A stretch of 35,220 bases of DNA from a virus: IMG/VR virus record IMGVR_UViG_3300045988_171378, one strand, 5' to 3'. Below the pieces are notes generated by a model. That model had not been told where the DNA came from. It did no database searches and saw only the letters and a program-made list of their open reading frames with translations. Position numbers and translations under genes: made by a program. How positions within the stretch are numbered: the stretch's first letter is position 1; each line of letters opens with the position of its first letter. Positions 16,028 to 25,797 of the stretch are shown here, in pieces.

Positions 16028-17554
16028 TTATTTTGTTGTATTGGTATAAGTTTCTTCAAAATACGAAGGCAACATGCCGGACTTTACCGCGACTGCCTTA
16101 AGCGTCTGAGTACCGGTAATAGCAACTGCCGCCGTATATTTAGTGCTGGACGAAGAAGGAATGCTGCCGTCGGTCGTATAATAAATTTCAGCACCGGAAG
16201 TCGCTGTAGTCAAAGCAACCGTAGCGTTATTAGCCGCTGGAGTCGCTTTAATGTCTGCAACTTTCTTTAAACCGGACTGAAAATTATCGCCGTTAGGTTT
16301 AGCTGCCTTTGCTATCTGCTTAAAGCCGACAACGCTTCCATCTTCCGCATAAATCGGTACCGCAATCATATCTTCATTGCCGTTGTCGATTGACTTGGGC
16401 GCTACAGGATACTTACGATCCTCGGCGCTGAAACCAAGCGTTGTGGTAAGATAAGTCGTATTAAGAGTACTGTCGCCGATTATGTAAGATTTGCGGAACG
16501 ATTCATGGCCCCAAATATTGAGCGGCTGTGCCATAATGCCGCGCACCTCCTGAGCATCAACCATTTTAACGCCGAGATCAATCACGCGGCCCATTGCATT
16601 GCTTTCAAAAGAAACCGCAACCGCATAGACATTATTCAACGCGCCGGCAGGCAATCCGAGATATTTTTCCGCAAGCGTCCAAATATAGTCCGGAGCAGAC
16701 TGCCAATGGAACTGCATTGCATAACCCTTATATCCGGTGCCGACATAATTACGGTCAGGCATACGCGTATCAAGATCATAATTTTTAAGCATTGCCTGCG
16801 CCATATCAGCACCGGTCAGAATTATGCCGCTATCTTTGTTAAATACCTTGTTAATAAAAGAAGGCCGACCGATAATGGTTCTGCCTTCCGTTGCAAAGGT
16901 AAATGCTCCCTGCGGCTGATCGCCGTTATCCAGCTTTGCGTTAAGATCGTTGACCGCTTTCGCATACGCATTTTCAGCATCAAGGTCTGCCATATTATAC
17001 AGATTTTCACCGCCGTTAAGCGCCCGGAAAATATTATATGCCAATACTTCCGCAAGCGTAGAGCCAGTACGATCCTGAACAACCGCTTTCGCATATCCCG
17101 CAATTTTTCTTGCCATAACGTCAAGAGGTATATACTCCTTGCCGAGGTCGGGGAACAGCATACGCTGATCGTTGAGCTGATTGAGATATACCATAAATTC
17201 GTCGTTAGTAGGCAGATACGGTGCATTAACATTTATAACGCCGCCGTTACCGGGAGTACCGGGCCGACCGCCGTAGGCCGTTGTGCGGGATGAAAACGGA
17301 AACGGCGTATCGAGCATAACGCGTACTGCTCCGGCATTTCTGTCCGTTGTATATTTGCCTGTCACCGACTGTCCATCACGGAAAATCTCCTCGATATAGA
17401 TTGCTTCCGCGATAACGTTGGACAGCTCTACGTTTACCATATTACCGTCAAGATAAAAACGTCCGTTAGGATCCTGTTCGGTAGCCCCAAGCCCCATAAG
17501 AGCGGACTTTACAAAATTTTCTACGTTACCGTAGGTAGACACAATGTTTGACAT
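16028..17554 (-). CDS. Major capsid protein with C-terminal Ig/Fn3-like decoration domain
   Basis: Position after the scaffold, strong RBS caggagg, 508 aa. The C-terminus TSGAEIYYTTDGSIPSSSSTKYTAAVAITGTQTLKAVAVKSGMLPS resembles chitobiase/Fn3-associated Ig-like modules. Confidence 0.7.
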   Translation of the reverse strand: MSNIVSTYGNVENFVKSALMGLGATEQDPNGRFYLDGNMVNVELSNVIAEAIYIEEIFRDGQSVTGKYTTDRNAGAVRVMLDTPFPFSSRTTAYGGRPGTPGNGGVINVNAPYLPTNDEFMVYLNQLNDQRMLFPDLGKEYIPLDVMARKIAGYAKAVVQDRTGSTLAEVLAYNIFRALNGGENLYNMADLDAENAYAKAVNDLNAKLDNGDQPQGAFTFATEGRTIIGRPSFINKVFNKDSGIILTGADMAQAMLKNYDLDTRMPDRNYVGTGYKGYAMQFHWQSAPDYIWTLAEKYLGLPAGALNNVYAVAVSFESNAMGRVIDLGVKMVDAQEVRGIMAQPLNIWGHESFRKSYIIGDSTLNTTYLTTTLGFSAEDRKYPVAPKSIDNGNEDMIAVPIYAEDGSVVGFKQIAKAAKPNGDNFQSGLKKVADIKATPAANNATVALTTATSGAEIYYTTDGSIPSSSSTKYTAAVAITGTQTLKAVAVKSGMLPSYFEETYTNTTK

Positions 17555-17571
17555 AATTTTAACTCCTCCTG

Positions 17572-18039
17572 TTAATTAAATTTGTTTTCAAGCGCCGTAA
17601 GCTTGTCCGACATTTTATCGTCAACAGCTTGCGGACTTCTGCCGATGTTTTTAATCGCGGCTTTTAACTCCTCGATTTCTTTTTCCATTTTGGCCCTCCA
17701 ATCTCCGTCCGTACTATCGGAAGTAACCTCCCCTTCGTTTTTCTCATTCTCGCGGATTTCATTTTCACTGTCGTCGGTTTCACTGATTTCCGAAACGTCG
17801 CCTTCGCCGTCTGCGTGCTCAGCGCCTAAAGCTTCATGCTCGCGGTCGGCCGCACTCTGACTGTCCTCGTCTCCGTCAGCTTTTTCCTGTGCCGCTATGC
17901 TTTCATGCACTCGGTCAGCTATAGACTGATGAAACGCTTTTTTATCTTCGTCAGATAAATCTTCGTAAGCTTTGCGAATCTGCTCCAAAGTAGTCATTTT
18001 TTCGTTGTCCTCCTTGTTTTTTCTGAAAAAATTAAACAT
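17572..18039 (-). CDS. Scaffolding protein
   Basis: Start refined to MFNFF (RBS aaaggaga). Highly acidic and helical. It lies between the MuF-like and capsid genes. Confidence 0.6.
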   Translation of the reverse strand: MFNFFRKNKEDNEKMTTLEQIRKAYEDLSDEDKKAFHQSIADRVHESIAAQEKADGDEDSQSAADREHEALGAEHADGEGDVSEISETDDSENEIRENEKNEGEVTSDSTDGDWRAKMEKEIEELKAAIKNIGRSPQAVDDKMSDKLTALENKFN

Positions 18040-18070
18040 TTTGTTTTCTCCTTTATTCGTTTTTTTCACA

Positions 18071-18097
18071 TGAAAAAAGCCGAGGGTGATCTCGGCT
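18071..18097 (-). terminator. Hairpin plus U-run between the minor-head and scaffold genes
   Basis: On the minus strand: AGCCGAG atcacc CTCGGCT TTTTTCA. Confidence 0.55.
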
Positions 18098-18128
18098 CCT
18101 GTTTATTGCTTTCATTCTTAACCTCCTG

Positions 18129-19151
18129 TTATATTGCTGTGCGCATCGGATAAAAAGCTCGCTCGTTTTCCTTGCTGAATTTCATATAATTGGCGTATAA
18201 GGCCGCTGCTTTTTTGCGCGCTTCCAGGTACCATGTTTTGTTAATGTCCTTCAGCATAAGCGCTTCCACGCGCTTCCTCCTTACCGCCCTTTCCATAGCC
18301 CGCTGTCTGAGCGTAACCGCATACTCCGCTTTCCTTTCTTCCGCTGAAATCGTCGGCAGCAATTGGCCTTCATACGGCCTAAGCTCATGCCTACAATTAA
18401 AGCCGAGCAATCCGTTTTTATAAGTCCGCCCGGCTTTCGTCGTATAATATATTTCAGTCGCTAATTCCAACGGAACGTATCTATGTCCGTCCACTACTCC
18501 GTATGTACCGTCTAAACTGTACACGCGCCCCTGCCACGGTGCGCAACGATCAGAGCAATCCGCATGGCTCGAACAAACAACCAGCTTTATCCCTGACGCC
18601 TTAAGCTCCTCGATACGGTCTAAATGCGCCTGATAACGCGTCTCCATTTCCGCGAGGTTCCGCAGACTGTTACGTCCTGAATAATCATTTGGATCCAATG
18701 CTACGCTCTCAATAAGCCTGTCAATCGTGGGTTTAACTTTTTGGTCCCACACATCCTTATAGTACTTATGAAGCGGCACGCCCATATCCGTTACAGGCGC
18801 GTTAAAACGCCTAAATTCGCGTGTTATTCTGCTTTCCGTCTGTTTGTCTGGACGAAAGTCTTTCGCCGCGTATTGCCCCAAAATAAGTATTATTTCGGGC
18901 GGTAAAGCCGATTCCTCCCATATAAGCCTTTGCCGATTGGCAAAATTCCATAAACTTTGCTGTGCGTCCGCTTTAAGTCGCGTAATTTTTCCCTGAGATA
19001 CGGCTCTGTTAATTACTCCTCCCAAAGCTCTGTTCGTTGCGGCATAAGGCGACCGATGAAGAAAAGCTCGTTTGACAATATCGCGTATTCTCGTCTGCGC
19101 ATCCTCTAATGTCTGCGCGTAAATATTAAGCCGACCGTTCGCGTCCTGCAT
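18129..19151 (-). CDS. Minor head protein (Mu F / SPP1 gp7-like)
   Basis: VVCSSHADCSDRCAPWQGRVYSLDG...GFNCRHELRPY is family-typical. It lies directly after the portal gene. Confidence 0.7.
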   Translation of the reverse strand: MQDANGRLNIYAQTLEDAQTRIRDIVKRAFLHRSPYAATNRALGGVINRAVSQGKITRLKADAQQSLWNFANRQRLIWEESALPPEIILILGQYAAKDFRPDKQTESRITREFRRFNAPVTDMGVPLHKYYKDVWDQKVKPTIDRLIESVALDPNDYSGRNSLRNLAEMETRYQAHLDRIEELKASGIKLVVCSSHADCSDRCAPWQGRVYSLDGTYGVVDGHRYVPLELATEIYYTTKAGRTYKNGLLGFNCRHELRPYEGQLLPTISAEERKAEYAVTLRQRAMERAVRRKRVEALMLKDINKTWYLEARKKAAALYANYMKFSKENERAFYPMRTAI

Positions 19152-19156
19152 CGTTT

Positions 19157-20737
19157 TTATCTTACTCCCGATTCATTGTAATAATCGCTGTCGTTAAACG
19201 GATATTGACCGTAGCTTTCACGCTGAGATTTAACCGTCTGCTCACGTTCTATATCCTGCGCCCATGTCTCGATATCTCTTTCAGACAAATCATTCCAACG
19301 CTTTTGCAGATATTTCTTTATCGGAAGCACTCCCGCCTGATAATCGGCCAACAGTTCTTGATTCTCCGTTGCACTATTAGCGCCGGCTCTTCCCCATGCA
19401 ATCTCAACCTTATCGCTGAATCCGTAAAAAGACGCTACGTCGTTTAACATGGCGTTAATTCCGTTATTGGCAAGCTTTCGCTTTATATTAACGCTGCTTT
19501 CCGTCGTATCCTGCTCCGACCTTACTTCGGTAGCCGTTTTACTTGTATTATAAGTTAAATGATTGGCTAAAGTAGAGGACGAAAGTCCGACCTTACTGGC
19601 AAGCAGCTCAAGATCGCTGTCTCGAATGTATTTATGTGCATCGCCGCGTAAATCCGGCTGAAGCAGCGTAGGCTGAATCGGTTTACCGTCCACTCCGCTT
19701 GCCATTATTTGAGTGTAGAATTGATCGTCAAGCGGCTGCTGAGAAATAGCCTCCGTATAGCTTAAACCCTCCGCTATTTCTGGTCGATCATTTCGTACAT
19801 CTATCGATGCGCCGCCCATTTGCTTGGGGACAAGCGCGCGACTTTTACCCATATACATATCAACCTGAGCCTGCGTATAATTGTAATCGATCGAATAGAG
19901 CACATCCAACGCGGTGTAAAGAGTACTATCCGAATATCCGGGCAAATCGGATAAAGCAGCGGCAAGCGGCTTATTGCGTACATTATATACTCCTATTGAA
20001 GATAACGGCAGCTTATACCATAAGTCAGGTTTTATATCTCCGTAAGTATATCTCCATTGCATATAAATTTTTTCCGGCACCTCTTTAAGCTTGGATGAGT
20101 TCCAAACAGGCGAAGTTATAAGAGTACCCCTCCCCAGGCTTACCCGATAATAGGCTTCCCCGTCAACATACAGCCTGCATTCACGAGCATAATAAGCGTC
20201 GCTGCCTGCAACAAATCTATTGAGCAAAGTTGCCTGTGTAACATTACCCCGCCTGCCTATTTGGAAAAAGCATCTGTTTATAGGATATGCGCTTACATAT
20301 ACATCCCCGTCAACAGGCGTCAATACCAAAAGACAATTCCCACCGGAATTCGAGTTCCAAAACATCTGAGCAAGGTCCGAATCGAAATCGTCTTCCTTCG
20401 CCCAATTTTCGATAAATCGCTTCAGGTCCGAATTAACGCTTTCAAACCTATATCCTCCGGACATACATTCGCGCGTAAAAATCTCACATACAGTGTAGCC
20501 CATTCCGGTCGAAAAAAAATCCGACCTGTGCAGCATAGGTACAAAGCCCCGTGACCAATGAATACATTGCTCGATATACGCAATATAGTAGCTGACATAC
20601 GGCTCCGGTATCATTTCTTTAAACGCACTTTCGTTAATAATATTTTGCATATTCTGCCAACGCGCTCTGAACATCGGCCTGAATAATCTACGGCTCGGCG
20701 CATTGATTACCGCCGTATTAGCTTGAGCTTCTTTCAT
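19157..20737 (-). CDS. Portal protein
   Basis: 526 aa, immediately downstream of terL and upstream of the MuF-like gene. RBS ggaga. Confidence 0.7.
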   Translation of the reverse strand: MKEAQANTAVINAPSRRLFRPMFRARWQNMQNIINESAFKEMIPEPYVSYYIAYIEQCIHWSRGFVPMLHRSDFFSTGMGYTVCEIFTRECMSGGYRFESVNSDLKRFIENWAKEDDFDSDLAQMFWNSNSGGNCLLVLTPVDGDVYVSAYPINRCFFQIGRRGNVTQATLLNRFVAGSDAYYARECRLYVDGEAYYRVSLGRGTLITSPVWNSSKLKEVPEKIYMQWRYTYGDIKPDLWYKLPLSSIGVYNVRNKPLAAALSDLPGYSDSTLYTALDVLYSIDYNYTQAQVDMYMGKSRALVPKQMGGASIDVRNDRPEIAEGLSYTEAISQQPLDDQFYTQIMASGVDGKPIQPTLLQPDLRGDAHKYIRDSDLELLASKVGLSSSTLANHLTYNTSKTATEVRSEQDTTESSVNIKRKLANNGINAMLNDVASFYGFSDKVEIAWGRAGANSATENQELLADYQAGVLPIKKYLQKRWNDLSERDIETWAQDIEREQTVKSQRESYGQYPFNDSDYYNESGVR

Positions 20738-20752
20738 ATTCGGTTTATCTCC

Positions 20753-22078
20753 TTATTTAGTAATTATAGGTCTGTCATAATACAGCTTAGTCGCATATTC
20801 CAAACTATCGATAGTATCGTCTCTTTGCCCTTTTTTAGGTAATCCGGTTTTCTCATCGCCGATATACGACTCCATGTCCTCTACCAGCGTTATCGTATTG
20901 ACATTTTCAGCGACATGGAAAAGGAGTATGCCGTCATTCAGCATACTCCTTACCCGCTTTATATCGCCCATTATGGATTTCTGAAACATTGGCAGACATT
21001 CTTCAAATCCGTTTGTATCCGTCTGCATTTGAAGCATAAGCGCCTGTCCGGCTTCCGCGCAGTCAAATATCCAATGCCGTGAAACTGTATGTAAAAACGG
21101 AAACGTATTCAAAAGTTTATTTCTGTATTCGATAATAGCCCGCGTTTGTTCTGTCGGCGCGTGTCCTCCCGTCTCAACAGGATCCTTTTCAAAACAATCA
21201 AGAACAACCGCTCTGCCGGAATACAATATAGCTAATGCCGTAACGCACGTACTGTCATATATCGTTCCCTCATCTACTCCTAACACCAGCTCGCTTACTC
21301 TATCGCCACGCGCCAAAAGTGTATATATATTGACGAAATGCTTGTCCCTGCGCAACTGAGGATATATCAATCCGCGGCTTGCCGTTACTTCTCCCATGTA
21401 CTCGTACAGATAATAATTCAAATCCTGCGCTTTATCTTTCAATATTTCATCAACCACTTCTTTATCAAGCAAATCGTAAATGTCTTCCCATGATGAATAT
21501 ATCTCTATTGCGCGTCCGGCACGTACTTGAGCAGGAAAATAAACGTTTGCAAACTCGCCACGCGACGGCGGAGGATTGTATATATACAACCATTTAGTCG
21601 TAGGTCCCATTAACCGCAGCAATGTCTTTTCCGCTCCCTTTACCTCGAAGTCCTCTGACAGCTCCTGCGCCTCGTCATGGATGAAACGATGTACATAGCC
21701 TTGTTCAAAATCCAAGCCTTTAGTTCTATGCTCGTCACCACCGGTAGCAATAAAACGTATGATATTTCCGTTAGGACGAAATACGATGTCTCCCACACGT
21801 TTCGGGATGTCGCAATGCTCCGCTATACCAAACTTGTGCAGCGCTTTCTTGACACTGGCAAATGTTGTTTTACGAAAATCACAATCGTCGGCACGAGCGA
21901 AAACAATATTAGCTCCTTTAATCGTAATATATCCTTCAAGCGCATCCTCAATTATCGTTGTCGTCTTACCGCTATACCGGCCGCCCCGGACGACAAACCG
22001 ATGTGTGCCGTTCTCCTCGGTACTGCGTAACAGCGGCATAAAATTCTGCGGTATGATTGGATTATATGTTATCTCCAC
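20753..22078 (-). CDS. terL: Terminase large subunit
   Basis: Walker A RGGRYSGKTT and Walker B FIHDEAQE. A C-terminal nuclease-type region is present. GTG start overlaps the terS end. Confidence 0.9.
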   Translation of the reverse strand: MEITYNPIIPQNFMPLLRSTEENGTHRFVVRGGRYSGKTTTIIEDALEGYITIKGANIVFARADDCDFRKTTFASVKKALHKFGIAEHCDIPKRVGDIVFRPNGNIIRFIATGGDEHRTKGLDFEQGYVHRFIHDEAQELSEDFEVKGAEKTLLRLMGPTTKWLYIYNPPPSRGEFANVYFPAQVRAGRAIEIYSSWEDIYDLLDKEVVDEILKDKAQDLNYYLYEYMGEVTASRGLIYPQLRRDKHFVNIYTLLARGDRVSELVLGVDEGTIYDSTCVTALAILYSGRAVVLDCFEKDPVETGGHAPTEQTRAIIEYRNKLLNTFPFLHTVSRHWIFDCAEAGQALMLQMQTDTNGFEECLPMFQKSIMGDIKRVRSMLNDGILLFHVAENVNTITLVEDMESYIGDEKTGLPKKGQRDDTIDSLEYATKLYYDRPIITK

Positions 22079-22463
22079 CGTTCTGCTCCTTGTTTAACGA
22101 CAGATTACGTACCTGTCTGTCTATGACTATCCGCAATTCATTGCCGGACGCTTCCGCTTTTGCGTCGCCTAACGCCTCCCGCAATAGCTGCGCTGCTTTC
22201 GTCCGCTCTTTCGTCTGTTCATCCGTATTCCGCATTGTGTCGGACAAATAAGTCAATACTTCGTCTATCGTCGCAATACGGCTCGATTTCGCGTTTTCTT
22301 TTATCTTTTGTAAATATTTTTGAATGTCAACATTTGTCAACAATCTCTGCCCTATTGCTCGTGCCGTTTTTTCGCTGTAACCCGCCTTTCTCGCCGCCTC
22401 AGCTGCATTGAAACATGCGGCATAATGCTCTGCAAATGCTTTCTGTTTCTCGTTTAACGCCAC
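22062..22463 (-). CDS. terS: Terminase small subunit
   Basis: LNEKQKAFAEHYAACFNAAEAARKAGYSEKTARAIGQRLL is the Terminase_2-type HTH. Start refined to GTG 22463, 9 nt after AAAGGAGG. The track start at 22499 lies inside a terminator. Confidence 0.8.
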   Translation of the reverse strand: MALNEKQKAFAEHYAACFNAAEAARKAGYSEKTARAIGQRLLTNVDIQKYLQKIKENAKSSRIATIDEVLTYLSDTMRNTDEQTKERTKAAQLLREALGDAKAEASGNELRIVIDRQVRNLSLNKEQNGGDNI

Positions 22464-22487
22464 ATGGCTCAACCTCCTTTTTTTCAT

Positions 22488-22513
22488 GAAAAAAAGCACC
22501 GTGGTGCGGTGCT
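22488..22513 (-). terminator. Rho-independent terminator 24 nt upstream of terS
   Basis: On the minus strand: AGCACCG cacca CGGTGCT TTTTTTC. Confidence 0.7.
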
Positions 22514-22566
22514 TTGGTGCTATTGTTGTATCTTTGTGCTTCGTAATCGGTTAGCTGTCCGATTTA

Positions 22567-22734
22567 TCATTTTTCATGGACATTACCCTCTTCATCGTCA
22601 TCGGTGCGTTTATTCGATGAACGTGGTGTTAAGTTCATAAAACTTTGAATAAAATCATCTTCGTCGCTGTCCCAACGTTCATAAATACTTCCCTTTTTAT
22701 ATTGTAAATTTGGTGTATTCTTTTTCTCTTCCAT
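22567..22734 (-). CDS. Small hypothetical protein (55 aa, below the track cutoff)
   Basis: Hand translation gives MEEKKNTPNLQYKKGSIYERWDSDEDDFIQSFMNLTPRSSNKRTDDDEEGNVHEK. RBS ggaga lies 7 nt upstream. Confidence 0.4.
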   Translation of the reverse strand: MEEKKNTPNLQYKKGSIYERWDSDEDDFIQSFMNLTPRSSNKRTDDDEEGNVHEK

Positions 22735-22784
22735 TATACAATCTCCTCTAAAATTACTTAATGTGATTTACGGCATATCCTATA

Positions 22785-22988
22785 TCACATGCACATTAAG
22801 TAAACAACACTTGCCACGCTTGTCTTATGATTATATAAACACCGCAGTTCAGCTTCATCCTCTAATCCCTCTAATGCGTAGTCCACATCAGGCTCTTGTT
22901 GGGCAAGTGCATAGCATGCCTTCTTGAAATCCTCATAAGAGGTATTTGTATTGTCCATACGGTCATATTTTGTTTCTTGATAACTCAT
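22785..22988 (-). CDS. Hypothetical protein (67 aa)
   Basis: RBS ggaggt. ATGA-type overlap with the upstream gene. Confidence 0.55.
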   Translation of the reverse strand: MSYQETKYDRMDNTNTSYEDFKKACYALAQQEPDVDYALEGLEDEAELRCLYNHKTSVASVVYLMCM

Positions 22989-23758
22989 GCTTTGACCTCC
23001 GCATCCCTTTTTCGTTTAGCGTCATCGTAACTTTTACTTGGTGCCACATTGTTCAAAAATTCGTCACTACTTTTGTATGCAGTATATTTCCCCGTATATT
23101 TCCAAAAAATAACAGGCTCTTTTTCATCCCGTTGCGCATCCCATCCGGACGGTGCATATTGCTCATCAAACGGCGTCCAGCTGACAGGTTCAAAGCCGTT
23201 TTTAGAATAGAACCGCCACAACTTGCTGAATGCATCTAACTTCTTTCCGCCGTTTTTCACAGCAAATGCGAGCATATCTGAACCGTTTACCGTGTCGCCC
23301 GGTTTCTTGCACACACCTACAATATCCCCGTCAGGAGTTATCGCAATCGTACTGCCGCCTTTGGTAACATATTTTTTCGCATTCGGGTGTTCCTCGTCAA
23401 ATTCTTTCGCCGCCGGAGAGCTTACTCGCCATGCGTTTTCGGGGTTAATTATGTCTTTTGCCTGTGACAAAGCGTCTACAAATTCCTTCGTTGTCTTTTC
23501 ATCGCTTGCAGATAGTCCGTCTTCGCGCCTGCCGTCAGATTTTCGCAAACCATCTGACAGCCCGTATTCCGCAAAATCTCTTGCCGGCTCGTCCGAATAC
23601 TTACGAATTGCGTCAATAATGGTCAGCTTGTCTTTTGGAATCTCCTGCCGCAATCTCTTGGACATTTGCGCCGCTGTTTCCTGACTGCTTCCGCCATATT
23701 GTCCCGTGCTATCATCATATTCTTGTAGCTTTCCGCCGCCACCCTTCTTCTCCGCCAT
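22985..23758 (-). CDS. Hypothetical protein; disordered N-terminus, GNAT-like C-terminal half (weak)
   Basis: RBS ggggaggagg. GDIVGVCKKPG...GSDMLAFAVKNGGKKLDAF..FYSKNGFEPVS resembles an acetyltransferase fold. The match is motif-level only. Confidence 0.35.
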   Translation of the reverse strand: MAEKKGGGGKLQEYDDSTGQYGGSSQETAAQMSKRLRQEIPKDKLTIIDAIRKYSDEPARDFAEYGLSDGLRKSDGRREDGLSASDEKTTKEFVDALSQAKDIINPENAWRVSSPAAKEFDEEHPNAKKYVTKGGSTIAITPDGDIVGVCKKPGDTVNGSDMLAFAVKNGGKKLDAFSKLWRFYSKNGFEPVSWTPFDEQYAPSGWDAQRDEKEPVIFWKYTGKYTAYKSSDEFLNNVAPSKSYDDAKRKRDAEVKA

Positions 23759-23782
23759 TCGTGCCTCCTCCCCAATAGAAAA

Positions 23783-23832
23783 GGCACTATCTTTAGTTTA
23801 TCATGTTTATTCAACCATGTCAAGATAGTGCC
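23783..23832 (-). terminator. 11-bp perfect inverted repeat plus U-run after the late-regulator gene
   Basis: GGCACTATCTT (23783-23793) / AAGATAGTGCC (23822-23832). On the minus strand it is followed by TTTTCTATT. Confidence 0.5.
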
Positions 23833-23885
23833 CATATTTTTACACTACCATTTTAACATATAAAAAGGTGACATGGAGTGACATT

Positions 23886-24299
23886 TTATATTTTGTCAGA
23901 TAAATTTTGTATTGCCTTATTCTTCCGTCGTATAAGATGACGTACTTCATACCCGACATCTTCCGCAACTTTCCAGTTCGGCTTACCGTCCATATAGCAG
24001 CCGATGATTATATCCTGCTCGACAGGCTCCAATAATCCCACCGCCGCCGCCAGCTTATCTTCAATATCGAAATACGCCTGCAAGGCCGCCATATGCTTTT
24101 CACGCTCTGTTTCTATCTTTACAGCCAAACTCTCGACGCGGGAGTAAAACGCGTTCCCATGCGGCATTCCGCCCGCCAGAGCAGATTGTATGCTGTCTCT
24201 GTCGCCCTCAAGGTCCGCGATACGATTCTTTATTGCATTAGCACGCCGCCTTGCCGCGCGCAAATCTATAAGCAGCCTTTTCGCCTCTTCAAACGTCAT
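23886..24299 (-). CDS. Sigma-70 region-4-like late transcription regulator (DUF1492/ArpU/RinA-like)
   Basis: LEPVEQDIIIGCYMDGKPNWKVAEDVGYEVRHLIRRKNKAIQNL is a region-4-type HTH. It lies between the replication and packaging modules. Confidence 0.6.
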   Translation of the reverse strand: MTFEEAKRLLIDLRAARRRANAIKNRIADLEGDRDSIQSALAGGMPHGNAFYSRVESLAVKIETEREKHMAALQAYFDIEDKLAAAVGLLEPVEQDIIIGCYMDGKPNWKVAEDVGYEVRHLIRRKNKAIQNLSDKI

Positions 24300-24310
24300 A
24301 GCCTCCCCCT

Positions 24311-24403
24311 TTAGTCTCTGTCGTCAAAATGCGCTATGACATAGGCTATCGCTATCGGGATTATAAATATCCCTGCAAAAAGTATGTATTGCCATAGCTT
24401 CAT
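24311..24403 (-). CDS. 30-aa single-pass membrane peptide (below the track cutoff)
   Basis: Hand translation gives MKLWQYILFAGIFIIPIAIAYVIAHFDDRD. ATGA overlap with the stop of 24400..24867. Confidence 0.35.
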   Translation of the reverse strand: MKLWQYILFAGIFIIPIAIAYVIAHFDDRD

Positions 24404-24867
24404 TTCTCAATCTCCACTCCGAATCTCTCTACGATTTCCTTTGCTATGCTTCCGTCGATATACGGCTCAAATTCACCCGTCATCAGCCCGTATATCTCAA
24501 GCGCCGTACCCTTTGCGATTTTATTCAAGATATTTGTAAGACGTTTCAGATCAACTTCGCTGTAATAGCGCGCAAATTTTTCTAAAATATCTCTCGTTTT
24601 TTTCTTCATCCCCAAATACTCCTTGACAAGTTTTTCAATAGCGCTTACAGTAACTGCCATACCGCAAGTATACATATCGCTACTTTCAACCGCTTCCGAT
24701 TTCAGCCTTTTTGCAAACTCTTTTATCGCTTCTCGCTTTACCTCATCCCCCTTTCGGTATCCTGCTGCATAAAGAGCTTCGGCTATATCTTTCTCCTCCG
24801 TATCATACACCCAATATAACTCATTGATTATTTTTGTCATCTCTTCTATCTGTTGCTTTTTGTTCAT
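24400..24867 (-). CDS. Hypothetical protein (155 aa)
   Basis: RBS agagggg. No motif recognised. Confidence 0.55.
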   Translation of the reverse strand: MNKKQQIEEMTKIINELYWVYDTEEKDIAEALYAAGYRKGDEVKREAIKEFAKRLKSEAVESSDMYTCGMAVTVSAIEKLVKEYLGMKKKTRDILEKFARYYSEVDLKRLTNILNKIAKGTALEIYGLMTGEFEPYIDGSIAKEIVERFGVEIEK

Positions 24868-25015
24868 TTCTTCGCCCCTCTTTGAATACTCTTGCCCAGT
24901 CTATAGGCTTGTCCTCTATATAATGCGCTTTCTTACATCCCGGGCATACTCTCTTTTCCGTCGTCATAAACGGCGTTACCGCATACCCTAGCTTTTCTCC
25001 GCACTCGCATTTCAT
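24821..25015 (-). CDS. Small zinc-ribbon protein
   Basis: CECG...CPGC Cys4 arrangement. RBS aaggag. Confidence 0.55.
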   Translation of the reverse strand: MKCECGEKLGYAVTPFMTTEKRVCPGCKKAHYIEDKPIDWARVFKEGRRNEQKATDRRDDKNNQ

Positions 25016-25024
25016 ATTTGCTCC

Positions 25025-25450
25025 TTAAAACGGCAAATCGTCGTCAGCTACCGATATAGGTTTCAGAGTATCGAGAGATACTCCTTCCTTCTGCGGCTTG
25101 TACGCCGTCTCTCCGGGCTTGTCCTCCGACACCTGTTTATTCCCCAAAAATTCTACCTCCTGCACCAATATTTCCGTTACAGTGCGCTTAACCCCTGCCT
25201 TATCCTCATAACTGCGGTTTTGAAGCTCGCCCACTATCGCTATCCGATCGCCTTTCCTGACGTACTTTACTATCGCTTCGGCAAGTCCGCGCCATGCTGT
25301 GCAGTTGAAAAAATCCGTCTGTTTGTCCCCGTTTGAATCTGCATAATCTCGCGTTACCGCAATGCTGAATCTCGTCAGCCTTATCCCGCCGCTTGTCGTA
25401 TATATCTCCGCGTCCTTCGTCATCCGTCCTATTATTATACTCTTATTCAT
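25025..25450 (-). CDS. ssb: Single-stranded DNA-binding protein
   Basis: OB-fold signature IIGRMTKDAEI...TDFFNCTAWRGLAEAI..YVRKGDRIAIVGELQNRSYEDK. Acidic C-terminal tip DDDLPF. Confidence 0.92.
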   Translation of the reverse strand: MNKSIIIGRMTKDAEIYTTSGGIRLTRFSIAVTRDYADSNGDKQTDFFNCTAWRGLAEAIVKYVRKGDRIAIVGELQNRSYEDKAGVKRTVTEILVQEVEFLGNKQVSEDKPGETAYKPQKEGVSLDTLKPISVADDDLPF

Positions 25451-25480
25451 TTCTCTCCTCTCCTTTAAATAAAATCAAAG

Positions 25481-25795
25481 TTAATTTACTGTTTTTTCAA
25501 TCGTCCATTTCTCAGTTTTAACATCATATTTGTACTTATATCCAAAGTATTTTTCCGCCAAATATTTTAGTTGCCAAAACGTCAGTTCAATACCTTCTTC
25601 TTTCAGATACTTTCCGAATAATTTAACATCTTTCACTTTTTCACGGCTATAATATGCGTCGCACCAGATCCGAAACATTGTATAAACGTTTTTTCCACTT
25701 AAATTTCTAAAACAACTAGCTCGTTTCCGGCATGATATCCTTTCTGAATGTATTTGTGCAAGTAATTTATCTATATCTTCCATATCGTTCACCAT
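25481..25795 (-). CDS. Hypothetical protein (104 aa)
   Basis: Position in the replication module. The start may be the second ATG (25783), which has the better RBS. Confidence 0.5.
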   Translation of the reverse strand: MVNDMEDIDKLLAQIHSERISCRKRASCFRNLSGKNVYTMFRIWCDAYYSREKVKDVKLFGKYLKEEGIELTFWQLKYLAEKYFGYKYKYDVKTEKWTIEKTVN

Positions 25796-25797
25796 TT

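Noticed and set aside
23623-23835. ORF 23623..23835 (-), 70 aa
   Set aside because: Its 5' part covers the 11-bp inverted-repeat terminator and noncoding spacer, and its 3' part overlaps 22985..23758 in another frame. It has no RBS.
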